In this document: piece after piece, positions 11,604 through 22,294 of the stretch | How the letters are laid out: every line of letters begins with the position of its first letter | Numbering within the stretch: position 1 is the first letter of the stretch | NCBI GenBank assembly: GCA_965237955.1 | Contig: OZ250169.1 | Span: 3,616,001-3,680,000, forward strand | Direction: 5' to 3' | DNA: 64,000 nt | From: Candidatus Marinacidobacterales bacterium | Lineage (GTDB): Bacteria > Acidobacteriota > Vicinamibacteria > Marinacidobacterales > SMYC01 | The notes under the pieces: generated by a model | What the model was told of the DNA's origin: nothing | Databases searched by the model: none | The model's input: the letters and a program-made list of their open reading frames with translations, nothing else | Program-made: the position numbers and the translations under genes

Positions 11604-12903
11604 CGTCCTGTCCAAAAACACAAACGAACTCAAGACTGGCGCGCCGGGCCGTTTCGATCGTCATCGACTTGTGGCGAGCCCCAGTTCTGGGGCGTGTCGG
11701 AGGCGATGTCGGCGATTCGGGGTCCCCGTACGCGCAGGGAAAACACCGTTCAGCAACGAGGTGCCACGCTCCCGGGCGGAGACCTGGATCCAGGCCCAGG
11801 CCGCACATGGACCAGAACGTGCTAGCCGGCTACGCCGCGGTAGCCCTGGTCTTGATGCTGGACCCCTCGTGCGGCCTCTTTTCCGACGCTGCACGGCCCT
11901 GTCAGCGACCCGCTCCCCCCCTTTGGCGCAAACGTGGCACTCGAAAATCGAGATTAGAGACCAAAACCGAAAATGAGGCCTCTTCAGCCCTTCTAGCGCG
12001 TCTCTGGTGACACCTAAGCCTGAAAAACCCCGCCCAACCGCGCGGAAAAACTCACCCGTCTCTGCAGGGCCACAATTTGCTGGACTGGGTGGCGGATGGG
12101 GCAGTTTGGAGCTATCCGGTCTCGGCTGGAAACCATCAAGAACAGGGAAAAACAGGGAATTAACAGGGAATTTGGCCATTATTGAGGCTGATCGGAGCGT
12201 TTTTGACGTGGTAACCAACTGTATCTCAAATGGTTAGATGGCAATTCCCTGTTCCGAAATAACAGGGAATTTGAGATGACCGAACAGGGAATTTGAAATA
12301 GGCGAACAGGGAATCGCTCTGGAAGAACAGGGAATTAAGATCACGCGCTCGCCGATGCGGCCGCCGCGTAACCCGCTTGCGAGCTGGAGTTTGAGCCTGA
12401 TTTCGAGAGACGCCGTTCTTTCGGCGATGCCGGTTGGGCTGACCACGCGGTTCCTGACGTTCAGGGGCATCTTCGTGTGCACGCCGACATCCTTATTAAT
12501 AGCGATGGCGTTCGCCGACACACCCGGGCCAACTAACACTAGCATTCAAATACTTCTACCGCGACGACCAAGAACGTCCAGGGTTGGATCGGCGTGCTCA
12601 TGACCAAGCATTCCAGCTTCCCTTGGCGAAGCAAGCGTAGACGCGTCTATACGAAACGCTCTGGCTGATGCAGGTCTTGAGTTCGTTCGTGTTTTTGGAC
12701 ACGACGCCTTCGCGAACGGGTATCGGTCTCGGGATTTCGTGCGTGCCGGGAGGGGTGACGCGCCATCGCAAGACCGGGAGCGTGGCGCCTGGCAGGATCG
12801 GCGGGCACTGTCGAACCGGAACACGTCGATCATGTAGGCATGGTGCCGGCAGACCGGAGACTAATCAAGTTCGGTGCGCGCGGATGAATAAATAGAAGGC
12901 ACA
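11604..12903. mobile_element. Cluster of nested IS/MITE end remnants
   Basis: CGTC(C/G)TGTCCAAAAACAC ends at about 11604(+) and 12705(-). Reversed transposase N-terminus (MSTPIQPWTFL) near 12600. TGTGCCTTCTATTTATTC end at 12903(-). Segment 12360-12440 shared with 44452-44533. Confidence 0.75.
12140..12336. repeat. About eight copies of AACAGGGAA(T), one inverted
   Basis: Directly visible; a related GGAGCTATCC...GGAAACCA...ACAGGGAATTTGG segment lies at 26967-27006. Confidence 0.8.
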
Positions 12904-12920
12904 GGTCCAAGCAAGGCATT

Positions 12921-13664
12921 TTATCCGCCAGGCATTTTCAGCATTACGATGTCCTCGTCCAGTCCCTGCCGATACACCTCGAGACGGGGGCTGGCAATGA
13001 GTTCACGAGGAGAGATCTGCAAGATAAAAGGGAAGAAAGCAGAATTCGTCAGGACACTGTTCAGTGGTCGCGCACGTCGCTCACTGTTGGACAGCGCAGC
13101 TTCGACAAGCCATGCGCTGATTACATCCCCGTCGGTAACTCTAATCCGCGGTGGGGAGGCAAAGACACCGCGCTCCTCAGTCTCCATCAGGATGCGCCAG
13201 TCGATGAGTGAACGGACAATACGCTGCGTTGCTCGTGCGACCGTGCTCCGTTCGCCGCACACTTCTGCCGTTCGGCGAGTGATCTGCGAGAGTGCCGCCT
13301 TGCCCTGGAGACCGAGCAGCCGGCCCGTCGCGGCCGCCACGTCGCGAAAGAACGGGTAGGTGGACCGGCACATGCCCCAGTGCAGCACCAACCGATCTCG
13401 ACCAGTCCGTTTGCGAAGCAGGATTAATGCCTCATCACGCAGTGGACGCAGTTCATCCGGGACCTGCATCCAGATGTGAAGCAACACGGTGATCGTCTTG
13501 CCACGGGCACTATGAGGGCCTTCACCTGCAACTTGACTTTCAAGAAAATTGTCGAGGCGGGAGCGGATTTCAGCGACTGCGAGGCCCTCGGATGCCCATT
13601 GAGCCGTTGCCTCCAGCCAGTCAAGTTGGATCTTCCGATCGAATCCAATGGCTTTTTGTCGCAC
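12921..13664 (-). CDS. BrxA-like protein of a BREX type 3-like operon
   Basis: 247 aa (IGFDRKIQLDWL...RGKTITVLLHIW...LHWGM...YPFF) directly downstream of pglZ, the brxA position in BREX-3. Confidence 0.65.
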   Translation of the reverse strand: MRQKAIGFDRKIQLDWLEATAQWASEGLAVAEIRSRLDNFLESQVAGEGPHSARGKTITVLLHIWMQVPDELRPLRDEALILLRKRTGRDRLVLHWGMCRSTYPFFRDVAAATGRLLGLQGKAALSQITRRTAEVCGERSTVARATQRIVRSLIDWRILMETEERGVFASPPRIRVTDGDVISAWLVEAALSNSERRARPLNSVLTNSAFFPFILQISPRELIASPRLEVYRQGLDEDIVMLKMPGG

Positions 13665-13673
13665 TTGGCGGAC

Positions 13674-15677
13674 TTACCTTTGTTCGATGCGAACGAACGG
13701 AACGATGACTTCCTCGACCGTGACGCCACCATGTCCCACGAGCGCGTCACCCTGCCGAACGAAGGCCTCGCGGCGTGGAGCGATCAAAGGGAGGTAGTCT
13801 TGCGGTAAGCCGGTCGGCGGCCAAGCGATCGCATCTGGAAAACGCTCGTGAACCCGAGCTCGAAGGGCGAAATCAGAATACACGCGCACCCGCTCGCCGC
13901 GCAAGTCCGCAGTGGATCCTTCAGCCGGCCGTCCGCAGCCGGATGCCTCGATATTCCCGTGGTCGGCGGTCAGCCACACCTTGAAGCCGCGTTTCATCAG
14001 GAGGTCGAGAACGCCGGCAAGCATTCCTTGCTCCGCCCATTGCCGGACCTGGTTGTGCATCCCAGCGGAACCCAGTTCCATACCGTGCATGATCCTGTCG
14101 ACCTTGTCGACGACGAGGCCAATGGCACGGATCCTGGGATGAGAGACCACTTGTTCCACGCGTTCCAGATCCGGCAGATCACGAATGTTCTTTTCGTAGC
14201 CGATTTCAGTCGGTGTGAGGCCTTCGTCCTCCCAAAATCGGGTCCAGGCCCTAGGCTCCTTGTCTGTTGTATGGATGCTGGCCGGGAAATAAAGAGGTGG
14301 TCGTCCAGCGAAACACGCCTGACGGGAGACCATCGTCAACGTGGGAATCCAGGCAAAGACGGCGCCCTCTCGGAACCACAGTTTGGCACGCTGACCCCGC
14401 AAGACCGCGTGCAGGACAACCCACTGGTCAAAGGCCAGCCCATCCATGACCAACAGCGCCACTTTACCCGTACGAGTCTCTTCCAAGTGGCGCGCGAGCA
14501 ATCTCGGAATCTGATGCACCATAACGGGAGGCGACGCGGGCTGGTTGTGCAATGTGTAGAAACGCTCGCGCGTCCAGGTCAGGAAGGCCTCGTCGACCCG
14601 GTCACGAAGCTCCTCAAAGGAACTACGTGTCTCGGAGAGACCTTCAGCGTCGAGGCCGTGACGGAGTGCCATCAACTGCGCCCATCTCGGCGCGAAGGAT
14701 TGCCATTCCTGATGCCTTGACTCAACGCTCGGAATCGTCCCGCGCACGGTTTCGACGAGACGCTCCCAGCGGTCACGGTGATCCTGTGCTGCATCCACCC
14801 GCACGCCCACGGCGGTCCATTTCAGTGCCAGGTCCCTGATACTCGCGTGAGGAACGGGTTCCAGCATCCCTTCGAGAAACAGATTGTCGATGTAGACGCG
14901 CACGTCCGGGTGATCGAACGGTAGGTCCCGCGGGCCCGTGATCTCCAGCTCGTGAACGATTCTATTCGTTCGGAGCGGTTCCCCAGTCGAGACCGTCCGA
15001 TCCAGGAAGATCGGCCACCGCTCTTGGAGAAACGCAATGAAGGCCTCGCGATCAGGGACAATGACATTGAGGAGCCAAGCCCCGAAATTGCCGTTTCTTG
15101 CCAAGGTTTCAATGAGATAGTCGTCTAGAATGCCTGGGATATTCAGCCCCTTGTAGTGTCTTTCCAGCAGGAAGCTCAGCAACCCGGCACTGTCCCGAAT
15201 GGTCTCCGGCGCGACCTTGAAGACGTGGCGGAGGACGAAACTACTGGTCTGGTTGTCGCCGAGCGGGCGGTCAATCCGTTCGTGGGCCTGTGCCTCGTGG
15301 AGCGCATCGATGTCGCCCCGTTCGAGGGCCTCCACGATGCGGAGGCTCAGGTTGGGAAACAGTTCAGCGAGACTGAACGAGAGCTTTCGGCCCGCCTGCA
15401 GCAGATCGTAGGGGAGTAATCTCAGATCTGGAGCGGACGCTCTAAGGACAACCACGAGGTCAGTCATCTCCCCCCGGTCCCACCGCTCGCGATAGCGCGA
15501 CTCGTAGGCGTAGCGGAACGCCACGTGGTCCTCGAACGGGATCAGATCGAAGCCGCGCTCCTCGATTCCCTTGAGGATGCCCTCCTCGAGCAGGAGGCCG
15601 TCCGGATCCGCGACCAGCGTCAGGCGCGCGACCTGAGGCGTGAACTCCTTCAGGATCTCTTCGCGCCAGCTACTCAT
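13674..15677 (-). CDS. pglZ: BREX PglZ alkaline-phosphatase-family protein
   Basis: LTLVADPDGLL, ALLVMDGLAFDQW, FAWIPTLTMVSRQ, LTADHGN, GHGGVTVEEVIVP. Confidence 0.92.
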   Translation of the reverse strand: MSSWREEILKEFTPQVARLTLVADPDGLLLEEGILKGIEERGFDLIPFEDHVAFRYAYESRYRERWDRGEMTDLVVVLRASAPDLRLLPYDLLQAGRKLSFSLAELFPNLSLRIVEALERGDIDALHEAQAHERIDRPLGDNQTSSFVLRHVFKVAPETIRDSAGLLSFLLERHYKGLNIPGILDDYLIETLARNGNFGAWLLNVIVPDREAFIAFLQERWPIFLDRTVSTGEPLRTNRIVHELEITGPRDLPFDHPDVRVYIDNLFLEGMLEPVPHASIRDLALKWTAVGVRVDAAQDHRDRWERLVETVRGTIPSVESRHQEWQSFAPRWAQLMALRHGLDAEGLSETRSSFEELRDRVDEAFLTWTRERFYTLHNQPASPPVMVHQIPRLLARHLEETRTGKVALLVMDGLAFDQWVVLHAVLRGQRAKLWFREGAVFAWIPTLTMVSRQACFAGRPPLYFPASIHTTDKEPRAWTRFWEDEGLTPTEIGYEKNIRDLPDLERVEQVVSHPRIRAIGLVVDKVDRIMHGMELGSAGMHNQVRQWAEQGMLAGVLDLLMKRGFKVWLTADHGNIEASGCGRPAEGSTADLRGERVRVYSDFALRARVHERFPDAIAWPPTGLPQDYLPLIAPRREAFVRQGDALVGHGGVTVEEVIVPFVRIEQR

Positions 15678-16682
15678 CGCTATCCCCTCCGTCAACGCGG
15701 ACAAGCAGCAACGGAACGAGTTCGGGGCTAGTCTCGGCCTTCCGGTCGAGCGCGTCGCGCCAAGACCGTTCCTCGGTTACGAGCTGCATCAGACGATGGT
15801 CCCGAACTGCCGACAGACCGATCCTTTCGACGGCGCGGCGTCTGGCGGTGAAGGCATGCTCGCCCTTCTCGCGCTCCATCCCAAGGCGCGCCCGGTGTGC
15901 CTGAACCAGCTCTTGGTAGATTTGACGTCCGTGCTCACGTGCCGACGCCTCGACGATCCGAAACGCCTCGAGTGCCGCGTCATCCTCCAGGTGTCCGGCG
16001 GCTACCGGTGGGTCGGACAACATCTGGTCACACACGAAGCGAGCCGTAGGCGCGAAGATGCGGCCGTCCTCGTGCCGGAAGAGTGGCATGACGCGGTGCT
16101 GGTTCCACTCCGGAGTGTGCAGCGTGATGCGCCACAGGGACCAGAAGCCGCGGACCTCAGCGGGGAGGCCCGAGAGCGTCAGGCAGCGAATCGGCTGGCC
16201 GGGCGCAAAGCGGGGAATGCGCGTTCCGAGCCCCCGCACTCGCGGCTCTTCCAGGGTCAGGTGGTGCGCTCCCGGCACTCGGTCCGCGCCCCTGGCCGAT
16301 AACACGACCGCCCGGAGGGCCTCCCCGTGCGGCCACTTGAGATTCCACGCCCGGCCGTTCCGCTCGGCGTCCCCGCCGTACGCCTGGACGTAACCGACGG
16401 TCATGCGTTCGACCCAGTGAGGCAGGGGGTGGGTCATCAAGCTTCGTACCTGTCCAGGATCGAGTTCTTCGGCGCTCCCGAGAATGGACCCGGTTTCACG
16501 CACTGCCTTGCCTTGCTCCTTGACCTGGTTCACGACGGATTCGACCTTCTTGCCGAGCGCCTCGGGGCGCAATATGGCCTCGACATATAGGTCGTCGAAA
16601 AGCTGACCGGTCTGGGCCGAGTCGAGGATGTCGCCGGTCTTGTCGACCCCGAACTCCTCCAGGGTCAAGGCCAACTTCTCCT
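15670..16682 (-). pseudogene. C-terminal fragment of a BREX (BrxHII-like, SNF2-type) helicase, 5' part removed at IS5
   Basis: EKLALTLEEFGVDKTGDILDS... reading into pglZ with overlap. The upstream part of the 552-aa ORF call is antisense IS5 sequence. Confidence 0.7.
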
Positions 16683-17769
16683 GGCGTTGTTGCACCGCTC
16701 TTGGCTGAGCGCGAAATCTACCTATGGTGGTGGCCGAGGTAATGTTTGACCATGAAGTATCCCAAGCGCAGCCAGTACAAACACGCGAAGCAGAAGAAGT
16801 ACCACGTTTCCAACTGGGCGGAATACAACGAAGGGCTGCGCCGCCGGGGCGATTTGACGGTCTGGTTTGACGAGGAGGCAATCGCGAACTGGAAGGCCGA
16901 CAAGAGCGGTAAGCCTGGCGGTCAACGGGTCTATTCAGAGATGGCGATTGAAACGGGCCTGGTTGTCCGGATGGTGTACAAGCTTGCCTACCGCCAAACC
17001 GAAGGCTTCTTGCACTCGATCGCCTCGCTTCTCCGGCTGTGTATCGAGATCCCGGACTACTCGACGTTGTGTCGGCGGTCGAGGCTGCTCCGCAAGAAGC
17101 TGCGAATTCGAAAAGCCGCAAGCAATCAACCAATCCACCTGATGATCGATAGCACGGGCTTGAGGATTCATGTTGGAACCACCCGCAAACCGCCAAAGCA
17201 GCGCGCCTGGCGCAAGTTGCACATCGCCGTTGATCGCAAGACCGGCAACATTGTTGCGTCCGAACTGACGGCGTCACGAGCTCGCGACGCAACGCGAGTC
17301 CCCCCTTTGCTAACACAGATTCAAGCACCTATAGCGTCGGTGGCGGCGGACAGTGCATACGACAAGGAAGCGGTCTACGAAGCCATCGAAGCGCACAGCC
17401 CTGGACGAAGGACGCGCGTGGTGATTCCGCCGCAACGAAACGCCACGCTCAGTCAGAATTCGAACACCGCCATGCGGGAACGCGACCGCCATATTCGTGC
17501 CATCGAAAGACACGGCCGACGTGAATGGTACAAGCTCTCAGGCTGCACCGAGCGAAGCATGGTGGAGAACGCGGTCTATCGTTACAAGGCGATCATGGGG
17601 CCCGAGATGCGGGCTCGAACGTTGGCGAGGCAACGAGTTGAACACCGAATTGGGTGCGAGATACTCAACAAGATGACCGCGCTCGGCATGCCCGATACTT
17701 ACTGCGCCGGGTGACTCTCCGACCGGCACAGGGAGGTCAGCGATTTGCTCCGGGCCGTGCAACAACGCC
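16683..17769 (+). mobile_element. IS5-family element (IS903-like), copy 1; transposase 16752-17714
   Basis: TIRs GGCGTTGTTGCAC/GTGCAACAACGCC; NWAEYNEGLRRRG, IDSTGL, WRKLHIAVD, ADSAYD, RSMVEN. No target duplication. Confidence 0.95.
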
Positions 17770-19044
<1,275 letters not shown>

Positions 19045-19610
19045 TAAAGAAGCTGATTACTTGGATGGGTTGCTTCGCGCTGGTCAACATGCTTGCAGGC
19101 GCCGTTGTTTTCAACGTGGGTCTTGCCATCGCCGAGGCGCGGGAGGCTGGTCCGCAAGAATTCACGGAGTCGCAAGAACCGTCTGGCAAGGAAGGGCAAT
19201 ACTGCCGATATAGCGGTCGGGGCGGGCCCGGACACGGTCCTCGTGGCGGCCGTATGGGTTTCATGAGGGAGATGTTCCGCAAGTTGGATCTTAGCTCGGA
19301 ACAGAAAGAAGCCGTCCGTGAAGGGGTACAGAGTTACCGCAAGCTGTTCAAAGACGCGCAGGAGCAAATCTTCGCATCCAATAAAGCGCTCCGGGAAGCG
19401 TCTCTGAGAGGAGAGGATGAGTCTACGCTGCAACAGTACGCGGAAGCACTGGGACAGGCCGAGGTGAATGCTGCTTTGCTCAGGGCTCGACAGCTTGCGG
19501 AGGCGGTTCAGGTGCTTGATGCCAACCAGAGAGCGAAGCTCAAGGAGTTGCACACCGAGGCCGAGCACGAAGAGGAATTGGAGCACCACGGGGAAAAGGT
19601 GATCCGCTAG
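19045..19610 (+). CDS. Spy/CpxP-family periplasmic protein, start probably clipped by IS3
   Basis: Signal-like KKLITWMGCFALV, Gly-rich linker, FRKLDLSSEQKE and QVLDANQRAKL (LTxEQ-like) motifs. Confidence 0.65.
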
Positions 19611-19622
19611 CGGGCGAGTCCG

Positions 19623-20057
19623 ATGCCTTCGCTTCGTCGCTTGCTCCTGGCCTTGCTCTTCCTTGGGCTCGTGGTCACCGGCTCCGATTTAATGCTGCTC
19701 GAGCATTACGAGGATCGTCTCCAGCTCGTGCCGCTCGTCCTCATTGCCGCGGGACTGGTGGCGGTTGGCACCCATGCTGTCGGTCGAAGCTCCTCGAGCC
19801 TCAAGGCCTTGCGGTTTCTCATGGTCCTCTACTTGTTTGCTGGCCTGGCGGGCTTGGTGCTTCACTATCGGGGCAGCAGTGGTTTTCAGCTTGATGTCAA
19901 TCCAGGGCTCGAAGGTTTCGGGCTTTTTTGGCGCGCCGTCAGGGCAAAGGCACCACCCGCCCTGGCTCCGGTAGCAATGGTACATTTGGGGCTATTGGGA
20001 TTGGCATATGGTTATCGTCATCCCGTGTTGTCCGGCTCGCGTGATGACCCAACCTGA
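19623..20057 (+). CDS. Conserved membrane protein (3-4 TM helices)
   Basis: Hydrophobic helices with LLEHYE and PPALAP motifs; co-oriented and tightly spaced with its neighbours. Confidence 0.7.
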   Translation: MPSLRRLLLALLFLGLVVTGSDLMLLEHYEDRLQLVPLVLIAAGLVAVGTHAVGRSSSSLKALRFLMVLYLFAGLAGLVLHYRGSSGFQLDVNPGLEGFGLFWRAVRAKAPPALAPVAMVHLGLLGLAYGYRHPVLSGSRDDPT

Positions 20058-20071
20058 CTAGGGAGAGTGAT

Positions 20072-20719
20072 ATGAATCGACTGAGATCTTGGCTACTCGC
20101 GTGCGTTGCATCGACGATCGTTGCCATGGGTTTGGCGGCGAACGCTGAATGTCAGGTGGGCCAGTCCGAGGGCCTTATCGACTTCAACGTCGCCACCGAG
20201 GAAAAGCTCCTCGCTCTGCCGCACATGAGCGAGGCCGCCGTGAAGGCTATCACGGACGGGCGTCCGTTCATGAGTATCCGGGATGCGAACTCGGTCCTGC
20301 TGTCTCAGCTCACCGAGGACCAGCTGGCGGAGGTCTACACCAAAGCTTTCATCCACATCAATCTGAATGCCGCTACGCGCGAAGAGATCCTGCTGATTCC
20401 CGGTGCGGGAGAGCGCATGGCGCATGAGTTCGAAGAGTACCGACCCTGGCGGAACTTCTTACAGTTCGACCGAGAGATCGGCAAATACGTGGGTCCGGAA
20501 GAAACCGCGCGACTGGCTCAGTACGGCTTCATTCCCATCAACCTGAACACCGCCAGCGACGAAGACATCCTCAGCATTCCCGGTCTCGGCGAGCGCCTGC
20601 TGCACGAGTTCAAGGAGTACCGGCCGTACCGAACGATGGAGCAGTTCCGGCGAGAGATCGGGAAGTACGTAGGTGAGGAAGAGGTCGCGCGTCTCGAACG
20701 ATATGTAACTATCGACTAG
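20072..20719 (+). CDS. Secreted protein with tandem helix-hairpin-helix (ComEA-like) repeats
   Basis: Signal peptide; three INLNxAxxEEILxIPGxG-like units, two followed by HEFxEYRP...REIGKYV. Confidence 0.75.
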   Translation: MNRLRSWLLACVASTIVAMGLAANAECQVGQSEGLIDFNVATEEKLLALPHMSEAAVKAITDGRPFMSIRDANSVLLSQLTEDQLAEVYTKAFIHINLNAATREEILLIPGAGERMAHEFEEYRPWRNFLQFDREIGKYVGPEETARLAQYGFIPINLNTASDEDILSIPGLGERLLHEFKEYRPYRTMEQFRREIGKYVGEEEVARLERYVTID

Positions 20720-20877
20720 TTCGAAGGCCGCGCTTCAGGAATGAGCGGAGACTCGAGGGACATCGTGACTCACTCAGAATTCTGACCGGTTTCGTTCCTG
20801 GTAGACAGGATTTCGATTTAGCAGGAAGCCTACGTCCGGGAGGTGGAGGGTTGTGCTCCGCAAAAAGTCGATCCAGC

Positions 20878-21043
20878 GGTGCTTACGCTGTTTACTGTTG
20901 GTGATGTGTACGTATACCTTTGCAAATGAGGTGCTTACGCTCCATTTAGCGCGCAGCGAAGGTCGCGAGCGCTATTTTGGCTGTAATTTATTGCACCGTA
21001 AAGCCTTAGCGTCATCTCACCAACACTTAATGGCGGAAGTACC
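20878..21043. mobile_element. 166-bp IS1-like MITE, copy 1
   Basis: GGTGCTTACGC...TGTTGGTGA to TCACCAACACTTAATGGCGGAAGTACC; near-identical copy at 34455-34620; same terminus as the IS1 fragment at 43400. Confidence 0.8.
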
Positions 21044-21098
21044 GATGCGGCGAGTGCGGAAAGACGTTCTCTTCAACGAAAGGCACGCCCTACTACCC

Positions 21099-21315
21099 CG
21101 TCGTGTCCAAAAACACAAACGAACTCAGGACCGGCGTACCGTGGGCGTTTCGGATGAGAGGTGTCTAGGCTTGGTTGGCAATGGGAGCTAGAATGAGAGG
21201 TCTGCTCGGTAGCGCCTATCACAGAGCCAGTGCCGCGTCGGCTGGTCTCTGCGAATTTCGAGAACGCCTCTAGGATTCGAGCTTTCGGGCTCCGTTCGTA
21301 TTTTCGGACACGACG
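21099..21315. mobile_element. 217-bp MITE of the rve/TGT-end family
   Basis: TIRs CGTCGTGTCCAAAAA / TTTTCGGACACGACG. Confidence 0.8.
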
Positions 21316-21332
21316 GGCTCTTCGAAACCCGG

Positions 21333-21929
21333 TCAGAAGTCGCCATCCTTCACGTAGGCGTGACTCCAAAGCGTGACCTGCAGGAGCAGGGACTTCACCC
21401 AGGCGTCGTGCATCTTGCCCACTTCCTCGGCGGAGTGCCCGCTCTTCGCGAGGAACGGCTTGAGCGTGGCGGTCACCGGGAAGATCAGCGGTGCGAGGTA
21501 GCGGAACGGGACGATGTCGGTAGAGGCGAAGCCGTCGGTCTGGTTTTTCTTCGTGCGGTAGTGGCGCCGGCCGATCTCGTGCTGGTAGTCGAGCCAGACC
21601 TGATCGTAGTTGGCACTTGTCGTGTCGAGAATCCACCGGCCGAAGCGGGTGCGGACGGCGTCCAGGTAGTCGCCGATCGGCTGGCCGTTGTCCGGGTTGG
21701 TGAACGACGCGAGTAGGTGAGGGTTCGAGCCGACGAAGCCGTACCAGACGTCGAGGATCGCATCCACCTGATCCTTGACGACGACGCGCGACTGCCGGAG
21801 TGCCGCGACATCTTCGTCGCCGAACAGCACAGTCTGCTTCATCAGCTCGAAGTCTGCCTCCGTCACCGGGGAGCGCGAGACGTCGCTCGTGCCGTGGGTG
21901 TAGCCGGGGATTGCTGCGCCGTCACTCAT
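21333..21929 (-). CDS. Protoglobin
   Basis: IPGYTHG...SPVT...LKQTVLF-like...ILDVWYGFVGSNPHL...WLDYQHEIGRRH...LWSHAY; AGGAGG RBS. Confidence 0.9.
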   Translation of the reverse strand: MSDGAAIPGYTHGTSDVSRSPVTEADFELMKQTVLFGDEDVAALRQSRVVVKDQVDAILDVWYGFVGSNPHLLASFTNPDNGQPIGDYLDAVRTRFGRWILDTTSANYDQVWLDYQHEIGRRHYRTKKNQTDGFASTDIVPFRYLAPLIFPVTATLKPFLAKSGHSAEEVGKMHDAWVKSLLLQVTLWSHAYVKDGDF

Positions 21930-22075
21930 TGCTCTGCCTCCTGAGACGTGCCCGCGCCATCCGCGCGGCGTGCCGGTCACGTGTTTGGTCACATCTTACG
22001 CAACGCATCGCGTTGTGTCAAAAATGCACTTTTTAGTACCATGGTTACGTGTCGGACGCATGCCACCCCCCGGTT

Positions 22076-22294
22076 TGCGTATTCCGGGGCATCGTGAACG
22101 CAGATTCCAGCCGAAGGTGAACATCCATTCCAAAGCATCGTGAACACGGATTCCGGGGATCGTGAACATCGATTCCGGGGAAGGTGAACACGGATTCCAG
22201 GCAACGTGAACGCCGGTTCCGGCATCGCGAACGCTCATCGATAGCACGTTTCAAGGCACTCTAGGTCGTACCCGGAAGGAGGACGATCTAGGAA
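22076..22294 (+). repeat. IS21 left end with multiple transposase-binding repeats
   Basis: Starts TGCGTATTCCGG, with about seven (C/G)GTGAAC...ATTCC units at about 22-bp spacing. Inverted match ...CCGGAATACGCA at 47233. Confidence 0.85.

Noticed and set aside
22076-22240. About 22-bp periodic repeats resembling a mini-CRISPR or iterons
   Set aside because: Explained as IS21 terminal transposase-binding repeats directly upstream of istA.
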